A DNA stretch of 64,000 bases from Ptychomitrium polyphyllum (lineage: Eukaryota), in contig OZ316776.1 of assembly GCA_973851085.1 (NCBI GenBank), positions 9,672,001 to 9,736,000 on the forward strand, read 5' to 3'. The notes under the pieces are model-generated. The model saw only the letters and a list, made by a program, of their open reading frames with translations, had not been told where the DNA came from and did no database searches. Shown one piece after another: positions 51,722 through 64,000 of this stretch. Within the stretch, counting starts at the first letter, position 1. Every line of letters starts with the position of its first letter. Both the position numbers and the translations under genes were made by a program.

Positions 51722-54700
51722 AATATCTTCATCTTATATGAAAAAATGCACATATTATTATAATTTTAAACAAAGATAATAATTTTTTCAATTTTAGCTC
51801 CAAGAATGCTTTATTAGTTTTAGAATCTTCTATTGAAGCTACAACATACTATCTAATATTTCTTTAAGCATGTACATATATCCTAGTTGAAATTAGAACA
51901 TCAATCACAACATCTCTACTGTTAATAGCAGCCTCAATTAAGCATTATATGATTTGAAGATCTTTATTGGGCGCACCATTTTATAAAATAAATCCTATCT
52001 CCATGTAAAACAAAGTAATAAAATTATGATTGTGGCCTTATAAAGTTATAGACAATATTTTCCTAAGACAATTATATAAAATTTGATCATTCCCTTTCAT
52101 TCTTAGTACAAAAGGCAATTTATTACTTTCTTGCTTATCAAATGACCTATAAAGATCATGATCTAAATGAAAGAAAAAGATCCTACAAAGTGTTTAAATA
52201 AGCCTTTCAAGATGTGATTCTTTAGTCTTCCAATCACAAAAGAAATTCTTTTAGATCCAGCAATAGTATTAGAAGATTAGAACATATGCCATCATTATTT
52301 AAAATCCAAGCAATTCTTCAATCACAAAGGCTTTGGATTGAATGATCATACTACCAACACAAGCAAACATTATTGGATAAATTAGAATTTTGAAAAGTTA
52401 AAGCTTAAAATTCATTAGAAACAACCCTTGCCTATTTAAAAAACCTTGTTTACAAATAATTTTAGGTCATGTTCTTTAAATTACTTCTTCTTTTTGCATA
52501 AGCATTCTACCATTTAAGCCAGTAAATAATGTGTTTGGAATCAATAGCTATTGTTGCAATCATTTGGAGCTTCTTCAAGTTCATCTCTAGTTTCTTCTTG
52601 TGCTTATTATAAGGTTTGTTAATTTATTTTATAACATTACAAATAATGGTCATTTAAATCTCTTTGATTTTTTTACAATAGTATCTAAAAATTTATAATA
52701 AAGGCCTTCTTTAAAAACTTACAACATTCATTATATTGAGCTCTCATAAGATAAATTCATATAAAAATAATTACATCTCAATAGATAATGATAATTTTCC
52801 TAGTTATGGCTTATAATTATTATTGTATTATCTTTTTTAGGAAATAATTCAAATCAAAAAGATAATTTATGCCACTAAGAATCACTTGCTTCTATTGATG
52901 ACTATCTAATACATTTATTAATAATTTATCTTCATTTAAGAAAAAAGAAAACCGTATGAGCAAAAAATAAGCAATTGTGAGCAATAAACAAATTCTTTTT
53001 GCACTTTGTTTTGAAAATTTTACTAAACTTAGGCTAGAAGGAACATTCATAAGCATCAATGATCATGAATTTCAAGATTTTTTAATTTACTTTCATAGGT
53101 AGTTAATTATAACATTGTGAAAAACACATTTAACCTTTTATTGCATTTATCTCCATGGATCATTGATTTTTAATTTATTTATTATTATTGATTTTTATTT
53201 GTATAATTATTATCCATTCATTTGGTTCTTCATAATTTTTATTATTCTAATTTTATATAAAAAATATATCTATTTGGAATATCAGAATTTCATTGTGAAA
53301 TTCAATATAAGTTTGATGTTAAGCATTTTAGATGATGCAAGTAAGTTTTGAAAAGAGCTAATGATATTAAAGACCATCAATAGTAGTGTGCAATAAGCTT
53401 AAGATATTTGGCATGTATAATCAAAATTAATTAATTCACTTTTTTATGCTTCTATAATTTGATTTATTAAAGTTAGAATAAACAATATTTTCTGTTCTAT
53501 GCTATTGGATGCCAAGTTTGAATACAAATGAGGAGGCTTAGTAATTCATCTAATGTATGTTGTTAGATAGAAATTTTAAAAATAGGGCGAGGAAGCTAGC
53601 CACGTTTCAAATCATTTACATTTTAGATTTATAAAAACGCAATTTGATTTGCAATGGTGATTGTATTTCTTTATCTTTTTATGCCAAGCTTCTAAATATC
53701 TCAATTGATTTGAAGCATTCAATGATTAATTCCATCTTATGTAACATAAAAATTGAGGCAAAACAAATACCATGCTTTTTTCCAAATGAAAAAATAGTAA
53801 TATACTCATTAAGAAGAAATTCCATGAATTTTGGATGATAAAGTTTAATCTTTTTTGATGCTAATAATTACATACTTTACATACATATGGATAGGTAGAT
53901 GTAGGGGGGGGGATAGCACCTACAATTTTATTGATTGGATTGCTAATATTTGGGACAATTCATGAGTGGAAGCATAGACATAGAACCTAATGTATTTTGC
54001 TGTAGATTAGTTAAATTTGGGAAAATCTGATTAAAGGTTTAAAATTTAAGATTTTTAAAGATAAATAAGATACCTTCAATGCTTAAAAGAAAGTTGCTCA
54101 AAGTGTAGAGCAACAATCTTAATATGATTAGTAAGAATATGAAACATTAAGAGACAAACAAAATCACAATTTGCAAAAAAAAGCTTGTGTTGAAGGATAG
54201 AAGAATCCACTATATGCTTGTGTTTAAAGAAGAAGTAACGATGATAAAATATCACAAACTTTTATAGTCAATGGTATGACTTATTGGATTTCATCCACTT
54301 CGCTTAGATTTTGATTGGCTCAAATCTTTCTTCCTTTTCATTCATGCTCATTAAGGATGGTGTGACAGTCATCAATGTAAAACAACCATCAATGGATGCA
54401 CCAAGGTGTTGAAAATAGCCTTGTCAATCTTGAGAGCCACAATGTGGCGACCGAATGTCTTATAGGCATGTACAAATGGACCTATACCACAATGAATACC
54501 ATAATGAATAAGACCTTAGATTAATCTATACAATGAAATCAAATTAACTATAACAAATAGGAAATGAGACAACAATTTTATAGAAGCCATGTACTCAAAC
54601 ACAATGTCATCAAGCTTTTTATTTTTTCTGCAATGAGCATTTCAACAAGTGCTAGATCCTTCTTTCTCGCAGATTCCATGGACCTTCTAGAAACATCTAC

Positions 54701-55087
54701 CCACTTACGGCTCCTGTTCCGTGGAGAATCTTGTGAAGGAGATAGGGGCGGAGCTCCGAACAACCAACGTCGAATGAAACCTAGGCGATACTCGGCAGAT
54801 ACTCAGGTCATACCAGAGACTCGGCAGATACTGCTCAGATACTCGTGTGATACATGGGAGGGTATTGGTGGCAACAGAATTTCTGCGTGGAAAGCCTGAC
54901 GAGGATTGTCGTCGACAGACTGCAGAGCGATGCTTGAGACCATCCCGCCATGGCAGAGCTTCTGCTTTCCAAGGTATGAGTCTTCGGCGTCTGACATCTT
55001 GTTGCGCAGGTTGAGGTGCGGGAAGTGCCACAGTGGAGGGAACTGAAGCGGAGCTAATTCGAAGTCGTGTGCAGCGGGAGCTCAACC

Positions 55088-58000
55088 ATGGTGTGCGAGG
55101 AGGACGTGGAGGAAGCTGTTTCGTTTCTGCGGAGGAGGCTGTGTGCGGCGTCGTGGAACAAGGGAGGGGTGGGCGCTGCGCCCGTTCTTCCGGATGTCGA
55201 GAAGAGCTGCAGGTAGGTTTACTTCTTTAGCCGTGTGAATGCTGGATGCATCGTTTAGTTCTGCTTCAGTGCATTTGAGCCGAAACCAATGTCGATAACT
55301 GTGAGTGAGTCTGTGGGCTCAAGAAGTTTGGAGCCCCGTTTGTATTTGCAGGGTTGTGGACAGGTTTTACGGCCATTCTTTTCACTTGCATTTGTTGTGC
55401 ATTGGATCGTTCTTGCTTATATCTGTTCTTTTGAGATTGAGTTCATTGATCCGGCTTTGAGGAAACTATCTAAGCTGGTAGTGAACTTTGTCAAACTCCT
55501 ATCAAATGTACGATATTGCAATTTGTATATTAGTTGTCAATATTCATTGAATGTGAAACTGAATAGTGTATGAAGTTCGCACTTTGAAATTAAGTATTGC
55601 TTAGTTGTAAAACTCTAGGGTTTTGGAGGTGGAGTTTTATTTGTTATTGTTGACCGAATCTTAGTTTTATTGTGGATTTGTTAGTCACAGTGTCCCGATG
55701 TAAAGTAAGGAATGAAGAGCAAGACAGGGGTTTGGGTTTTTTTATTTCTTGAAATTACGACCTAGCTAGTCTGTCCTCTGGGATCAGTTTACGTTTAGCT
55801 TGGTTCTTTCGGAGTTTATATTTCAGAAGTTGAGATTTGGGACTTACTGATGAAATGTCTTCTTTTTCGTCCTCTGAATATCATGCAGGGATCTGGAAGC
55901 TTGTCTAACTGGAACTATCGAGAATGCATCAAACAACTCGGTGTTGCTCGTTGGTCCTCGCGGCTGTGGCAAAACTATGGTACTGTTACTTGGTCAGTTG
56001 GAGACTCTTTTCAAATGCAAACTTATTATTTAGGTAATGAACATTTTCTCTCTTCTTTCACAGAGTGCTGATACATTTCAGCTTCCGATGTCATGTGGTC
56101 CAGGTTACTGAGCGCGTGCTGACACAGCTTCAACTTACATTTCCCGAAAGAGTCTCAGTGGTACGGCCAAGAAACAACAGGGAAACGGACAGAGCCTTTG
56201 CACGTCCTTGAACTGTGTAGGGGTGATGACCAAGTTGAAGTAGGGTGCATGAGGCTTGTTACATTTAACTAGGAATGGTTTAGTGGGATTTAGTCGACTT
56301 TAGACGTGCTCTTGCGATAAGTTGTTACTGGTCACGAAAATAAATATGTTCTTAGTTATGGTTCTATTGCAATCGTCTTTTTGGACTTATAAGCAGCCTG
56401 ATTCCGTTAGCTTTCTGCAGGTAAGACTTCATGGGCTTCTACATGCTGATGATAGGTGTGCCTTAAAGGTGAGGTTGTTCTGTCTGCCTTGTTCCTAGAA
56501 TCATTTTCGTTGTATTATCTTGGCTCAGCATCAAATGTTCCTACATTTTATCTGCTCTATCAATGCCTATTTGACGCTCTTGTACAAACATATCATTCGG
56601 CTTCCAGTTCGTTGGGAGGCATTGTCTGGTTGAAAACTTATGTGATGGTATGTGCTATGTCAGTAATTTTACTTTTTCTAGTCCACCTAGTTATCTGGAG
56701 CTCTTGCTTAGATGCTCAATTCTTCTGGCAATAATGTTGACGATTTCTTCTTCCAGAGAATCATGTATGGAATGAATTTTGAACACAACACAATCAGGAT
56801 GATATTGTGGTGACTTTGCCGGAGATTGAGTTTTTATGGTACGTTGTTTAGAAAATGTGGAAAATAGGCTGAAGTAATGCACGCGAGTAAGTGATGCATT
56901 GAGGCTATTCTCTGTTTTAACGCAGGCCATCTCGGAGCAACTTTGCATGGAACATCATCTTGTATATTCTAAAACGGTAAGACCTGCAGAGTTGATTTTA
57001 GCATAAGTGTTACTTGGGCCACTGATCTTTCTGGTCCTAGTATGTAGGTTTGAGGAATTTCTTGCATCTTTGGTTTTGTGAAGTCGAACATGGTCATTAA
57101 AGGGTCCTACTTGTCGGGTTGTGGGGATCAGGCGGCGTTCGATGACAATTTGCACTTCTTGATTACCATGCTTAAGTGAGAACCTCTACATTTTCTGGTG
57201 TATAATCTTCACGATAAGTGAGCTGTGTCCTGGAAAGAGAACATGAGGTAGAAGTTTCACTTGGTTAGAGGTCCTGTAATCTTACAGGACCTACCAAAGG
57301 TGTCCTAATCAAGGATTGAGGCATTAGACAGAGGTTTTCGGCAGGAATTATGTGTCTATTTGTTGGCTCGTCGACTGTTGCTCCTTTATGAGTCCATAAG
57401 TCTTTCGTGCTTTACATATGATTTTTCTCGTGCTAGAGTATTATGCGTTTTCAATATTCAGTGAACAATTGCAACCACTCCTTCACTGATTCATGCTTTA
57501 TCTTAGCTACGACCGCATGCCATGACAGCCGCTGACTTTAATTTCTTGTTGTTACAGGGAATCTGCACTATCACACAAATCAGTTATATTTATACTGGAG
57601 GAATTCGACCTCTTTGCGCAGGTGATTGCCCACGTCTTCTTCTGTTTACATGACTAGAGGCTTTAAGTATAATGATTAGTTGAGGGAGTAGATCTTACAA
57701 TTAAGTACGTTTGGTTCTGCAAGTTGCGAGGTATGATTTTAACACCATTATCTGCGCTGAGATTCAGAGACCAAAACAGAGACTTCTTTACAATCTTCTT
57801 GATGCCATGCAGTCGACCTCAACACAGGCTGCTGTTGTGGGTTTAAGTTGCCGCCTGGTAAGTGCAATTCTGCATGTCATATAACATCACTTTTGTTTGA
57901 ATATTGTGTAGGCGTAATTGATCTGTTCCATGTAAATTGCTTATTGAAGAGAATATTCACCTTGTCTAGATACATTTGAATATTCATAACGCTTGACTTT

Positions 58001-60593
58001 AACGTGGGATGGTTGTCTAGGATGCAGATGAGCTTTTGGAAAAGAGGGTGAGGTCACGTTTCTCTAATCGCAAATTGCTCTTCCTACCCCCTTCAGCAGA
58101 AGTTGCATGCCGGTATATTACTGCCCAAGCTTGAAACTCGAGCTCTTGTTTTGAATGTAGAGTTGGAGTTTTGTTAGCCGAAGGTTTACAGTTTTGAACT
58201 CTGTCATTTCAAATATACATGAGTTGTAAATTTTGGAGTCCTTGTAGTTGTCGTTCAATCGACTTATCGGGTGGTCCCTAGTTACAAATTTTCCGAGTAC
58301 TATTGAAAGTATGTTAAGTATGTTGATCAGCAGTTCACCAGGTCCAATCTTGGACTGTTTTGTTTGCGAAGAAAGCTGGCATTAATTGTTTGGACCTAAC
58401 TTCTATTGCAACATGTGTCGCTTTTTCAATTTGCCCCCAATGCGATGCACTTGCCTGAATAGTGACATTTTGCTATGTTTGAAACCGTAGGCTGCTTCAT
58501 GACGTGCTAATGTTGCCTACTGATGGATCTCTTGGTGACTCTATTTTCAACACTTTGTGGAATGAAACCACTACAGTATCCTTTTCCTGATAAGTTTCAG
58601 TTCAGGCAGTCTTGCTTGACTCTTTAATGATCTGCGTCCATCTCTCTCCTCACCCGGTTCATTCATACCTTTCAATTTCTGAATGTTTGTTACTGGATGT
58701 CGATTTGATGCTCGACAAATCAGTCTAGATACATACTTCTATGTAGATTAGAACTTGGCACTGAGTATGCAATGTGGTGACTTTATTAGAGATCTGTTCC
58801 TATTTTCCGTATGTAAAGGAGCTGCGACCTCACTTAACAGTTTACAGAAAGTATTAGAGGCTAGCATGCAAGACATTACCTGCCACACCATCTCTTTAGA
58901 TCCCAGCCCTCACCGAATCTTGGATCTTGCGTAAGTTTTCCACAATTGACGATGTAATCTTTGCTTGCATTTTAATTTCCCTTGTAAACATTGCTGGAAG
59001 ACTAGAATTGTTCCCCTTCGAGGAAGACTTATGTAAACACAGTCCTTTGTGGTACTAGGCAAGGCAACAGTGTTCGCAATCTGTATGAGATTTGTGGTTT
59101 ACCTAGGTATGTCTAGGCTAATTCATCAACCGACTATTGCAAGTCATGGATTTCTCATTGAGTATGTAAACATCATATTTTTGCAGGTTCAGAGCAATTT
59201 GCAATCTTGATCAAGGAAAAGGACTTCTTACAGTTGCTGACTTTAAAGCTGCCAACGCTTCCCTTTACCCTCAGTTCAAGCGTGAAGCTTTACAAGGTAA
59301 GTATTGTCTTGCCCTGGTAATTGGTTGCTACTTATTGAATCAATTCACTATCGCAGAATGAGAGACAGAGAAAAGAGTTGTTCAGCTCTTACTGTTTTAT
59401 AAGATAAGCTACAGGTTGTACTCTGGATTCAAAAAGGATGATGGAAGACCTGTCTAGTTGAACAAGTTTTTTGATAACTATGATCGCTTTGTTTAGCAAT
59501 TTCGATTCCCGGAACACAAAGAGTTCAAATAGTAACACTGTACTTCCTTGAGCAGGTTTATCAGTTCTGGAACTTTATTTGCTCGTGTGTATGAAGCGGT
59601 TGGAAAGCAAAGAGCAAGAAACTTATAATTTTACCATTGTTTTTGAAGGTACTTAGTTATTGTCGTCGTGCTGCTACATGCACATCCATATCGTGACATT
59701 ATTAATAGTATGATTGCTACTCACATGCCATTTTCTGACATTGTAGAGATCACTGCGTTGTGGAAATTTCCATTATTGCTTCTATGAGTGGACCTAATGG
59801 GTCTAATTTGATATGGGTGGCGCAGAATACCAGCATCTACAAGAAACTCATAAAACAAGTGATCATTATTCCCGTGAAATTTCCTTGCGGGTAACATTCC
59901 TTATTCGTACACTCAGCAACCACCTAAGAAGGATAACTCTGCACCGTTCTCTGTTCTGCTTTTTTGGACTTTTCGGTGAATATGATCCTTTTACTAATGA
60001 ACCTGCGATGGACGTATGTAGGCTTTTGAGCATTTGTTGGAAAGAGAGTTGATTACCTATACGGACTTCAGAGGCCGTAGTGATGCCATTGAGTTCCGGC
60101 CAGTGCAACTTCTGGTAGACAACCTTGAACTCCAGGAAGGCCTTAACATTAATCCTGTTTGCCCAGTATGTCCTCTCTTCCTGATGTCCATTCAACGCAT
60201 TTGTTTTGTGTAACTTTTGCACCATAATTTCAAGGCAGTGCTTTTTTCATTTTTGCCTAGTAGCCACAGTTTTTCGTGTTACTCATGTAATATCTGGGTG
60301 ACACTTGGTAATACCTAGGTAAATTTTGGCTATACACCTCAATTTTCAATGCAGATTTAGCTCCTTTTTTTCATATTTCTAAAATCCCCTTGTTAAAGCT
60401 AGCCACCAATTTTCAAGTGTTGCAAACTGGTTTTTAAGAATAGCTGAAAAGTTAAAACTCTGTTTTATAGCATGTGATAAATTTACAATGAATTTGGTCT
60501 TGTACATGTGATATTCAATTCTATAGCATGGCTTGTATTTTGATGCTGCAGGTTATTCTTCGGCAGTGGTTTGAGCACACGACCTTCAAGTAG
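55088..60593 (+). CDS. ORC4: Origin recognition complex subunit 4, many short exons
   Basis: Hand-translated exons: NNSVLLVGPRGCGKT (Walker A), VRLHGLLHADDRCALK, AISEQLCMEH, AFDDNLHFL, VIFILEEFDLFAQ (Walker B), KQRLLYNLLDAMQS, VVGLSCRL, LLEKRVRSRFSNRK, LSVLELYLLVCMKRLE, AFEHLLERELI, and VILRQWFEHTTFK* (TAG 60591-60593). Confidence 0.93.
58576..58847 (+). other. U12-type (minor spliceosome) GT-AG intron in ORC4
   Basis: 5' site GTATCCTTT, branch-like CACTTAAC at 58831-58838 and AG at 58846-58847, with no polypyrimidine tract. Splicing gives the in-frame WNETTT|KVLEAS. Confidence 0.85.
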
Positions 60594-63500
60594 TTATATG
60601 AAAAACAAAGACATTAATCTTCCGACGGGTTCTCAGTCGAAGGTGCAAAACTCACTTCTAAGTTATACGAAATGTATAATACTAGTGCTCCGACAAACAA
60701 TTGTATTTTCTAAATTGTATGGTTGGCCCTAAAAGATGTTCCATCTCCTATAGCATTTATATTAACCAGTTGAAGGATGATGTTTTTTGGTAGATTGTTA
60801 TGGTAGTACAAAATTAAATTACGGCCTGGCGTTAAATTACACTGCATCTTAGATGAATGGACCACCAGTGGGTCTTTGTTTTATACGATAAACAGGAGCA
60901 GTAGGGTCATGAATGTATGTGGTGATAAATTGAAACTGTCGAGGTGCAATCCGGGGGCACCCCTTAAACGTTTCTTTGTCGTGAATGTCAGCGTTGATAA
61001 CGATGATCTATTCTAGTCGTACTTCGCAGTTGCATCAACAATTCAAGCACGTCTTTCAAATGGCACACACGGAGAGTTGTTCAGAGTACCGCCCATACGC
61101 AGTGGTCCAGCCGCTCAAAGTCACTGGAATACTGTAAATTAAACAACTCCGACATTTTCATGATAGAGCGCTATGCAGTTAACCATAGGGTCACGAACTA
61201 TCAAAGGTCCTTGATCTTCATTTCAATGTCCATTATCCTGATTATACAGATCAAATAACTATGCCGTGATCGTGTCAACTCAATTTTGGCACCTTACAGT
61301 GTCTCGGGTACTGCTGTGGACAGACTATATCAATGCTTGTCTGCCAATCCACAATGTTTACCCATGTTTAAAAGAATTGTTGTTTTTTATAAACTTACCT
61401 TGTAGAGCTGTACTTTCAACCAAATTCCAGTGCATGTAAATGTTACTGACAATTTATACAAAGTTGATATTGCAATCTTAAGGACAATTCTTTTGGAGTT
61501 TTATCTACTAAATGTATCTCGCAAACCGCAAAATATTAGATTTTGTGAATTACAACACTTCTTGTCTTGAATTGGCTATGTTAATATTATACTAGATAAG
61601 AGAGGATGATTATGAAGTCATATAAAACAATTCCAAAATATAACCTATCTTGTCACTACTTTGGTTCAATAGATTTTATCCTAAGATTATTTTTTACAAC
61701 CTTAGGACCATCTACAATTATCTGGTTTGTAATATCTTTATGTTGTTTGAATGTTGTAATCAAGGAATCACATGTACTTTGTTCCTTAAGTGCTCATTTG
61801 AATCAAAGTATCCATTTTCAAAGCTCATTAGCATTTTCATGATTTGCTCCGTTGCAAACAAATAAAAAGAAGAAGGTTTGTTGTGCAATATTGAGTGGGT
61901 TTGGTGTATGGAAGTTATAATTCTCAAAAATGTTTCTGATTTGGGGTTGTGCATTAAGAGGTGAAAGTATTTTAAGTAGCAAGTTTTTGCAGCTGGTGCT
62001 TTGTTTGCTGCTCCTTCCTCAAGGTTGCTGAAATACAAACCTACCCTAATGTGATAAACAGTGTGACTCCATTAATCCTGTGACGGGCTATTACATGCAT
62101 GGCATCCAACATCACTGTATTATACAACATTGTACTTTGATTTTTTAAATACTATGCAAGGTTCAAAAATCCTAAAATAATTTTAGTAATACACTTTTGA
62201 ATGGATTCGCTGTCCACAAAGATGATGCCAAAACTGAGGAAATTAGTAAAATGACAGTCTGTTCAGCCCTCTCCTACCATAGAGTTCAAATGCACAAAAT
62301 ACTGAATCTCTTTGAAATAACAGGAGGTGCTTAAACATACCATGATACCACCGCTCACACCGGCCGTGGAACTATGGCGCAGGTGACTACGCGCTTGCTT
62401 GCTCTCTAAATGTCTGTGGAAATACTAGCAATCCATTCAGAAATAGTCTGCACAGCCTCTCTACGTGTCTGTGAGCAGACAACTCAAACGCAAAATACAA
62501 ATACCATCTCTCCAAATACAATGTCCCTTGGAGTCTCAACATCGACCTTCAGCCTAACTACAGTACCATATACGAAGCTGAACATCACCAAACTACGAGG
62601 TTTCTTCATTTATCTGCAGGCAAGAGAGCTGTGAATTTCCCCATACGTATTCTAAACTCAATTTAGAGATTGAAGAGATTTCTTTTGAATAGGACATGCG
62701 GAAGGAGACAAGTTTTACACTTGAACGCCTTATGTGCAAACCAGAGTTGTGGGGTAGGAAATATTCAGAATTTGATGGAAGGTGTGGTGTTCAAGACTTG
62801 TAGACAGTGTTGAGTCTCAAGCTGCCATCGTGGCCAATATGCAAGTTGATCATGTAGTATGATCCTTCAATAGTTTTTCTCATGCGCTCATCAAACAGCT
62901 ACTTCAACTAAAATATTAGTTACTGCTACCAGCTTGTTCATCTCAAAGTGGATTCTAGACTCTGTTGTGTGCCAGGAAACTGAGACAATTTTTTTGCCCT
63001 TACAGACAACAAGGGTTTGAATCACCAATATGGCCGCTAATAACGATGTAATTATGTGAACTTTTAAACTTGCTCAATTCATTTCAGCCTGTTGATAAAA
63101 GCTCTAGTACTCCAGCCTGGAGAACAGAGTGTTAGCTCGGTGTTCGTTGAATCTTTGTTTCCTCAAACAATCAACTATCAGAATACCTCCTTTGGTTTGC
63201 ATCCTAAAAACTTCGTAGCTCTTTCCTTCTTCTTTTCTTTTCCCTCCTTTTATCTTAATATATGAAACTGAAATTTTAACTTTTTAAGTTTAGACACTAA
63301 AAGAGACTTCTCTATCTCATTTCCTGTATTAATCTGTCCATCACGTTGATTGCAGATTTTCAGGATGTGTCCCGGTAATGTGCAAAACAACCTCTTTAAT
63401 TTACCAGAACGACCCAATCAGAGGGTAAGTCAACATGACCAAGTCTGATTAACTTTTCAGGTGTAATCAGGAAATTGCCCAAAACATCTCAACCTTGTCC

Positions 63501-64000
63501 TTGGTACATGTCCAGAATTGTCTTGAAGTCTATATATCAGTGCGTGACTAGGGATAAAATTATAATTGCCAGGTCTGTCATTGATTACTAATTACTCTTA
63601 TTTATTACAATTGGACACAGATCGAAGTGACGCTTCGTCTCCAGAGAAACATTGCAGTTCTAAGCGACTTGAAGAGCTGCCTCCAACGAAATAACATGAG
63701 TAAACGTTACTTATTTTCTTCACCTGACATTGACCTCTTGAAATTTGGTTGAGGCAAATCAACTTTATGTCAATTTTAACAGTTCAAGTTGATTTTAAGG
63801 TAACATGGAATAATTGTTGTGCAGGAGTGCATGTAGTTAGTGACAACGAAATCATTGTCACGGGGACTCCTCCTGAATTTGGATTTGACGTTCTGGAAGA
63901 GGTGAGGAGACACGACACTGGTGCAAAAATGCTTTCAAACAGGATCCTAAGTAACTAGAATAAACTTCCTGTGCAGCTTCGAGCACTGTGCTAACGGTCT

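Noticed and set aside
48750..54400. AT-rich region around the solo LTR, possible DNA-transposon remnants
   Set aside because: No TIRs, TSDs or convincing transposase motifs were readable.
54564..55085. Short ORFs on both strands just upstream of ORC4
   Set aside because: They overlap the likely ORC4 promoter/5' UTR, have no motifs and show no consistent frame.
60800..64000. Short ORFs and small hairpins at the window end
   Set aside because: No coherent gene model or RNA gene could be supported; may be the UTR of a gene outside the window.

Overview
Intron-rich land-plant nuclear DNA, most likely the moss Physcomitrium patens or a relative (inferred from gene style, AT-rich spacers and the LTR family). 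In order: the 3' part of an ATP-dependent 6-phosphofructokinase gene (+); a three-exon gene for an unrecognised membrane-anchored protein (-); a molybdenum-cofactor-sulfurase-like PLP-transferase-fold gene with His in place of the PLP lysine (+); a CSB/ERCC6 (CHR8) SNF2 ATPase gene (-); and a decayed full-length Ty3/gypsy chromovirus. The chromovirus has a solo LTR nested in its 5' LTR, a self-priming-type PBS and a -1 frameshift signal. Next is an F-box/kelch-like cluster: one gene with an extra N-terminal helical domain, an apparently identical 1043-bp partial copy 7.6 kb away, a diverged paralog, and a possible kinase relic between them. A second solo LTR and an ORC4 gene with a U12-type intron follow. 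The least explained region is the F-box cluster (36.3-48.7 kb). Exon boundaries were read by hand and are predictions.
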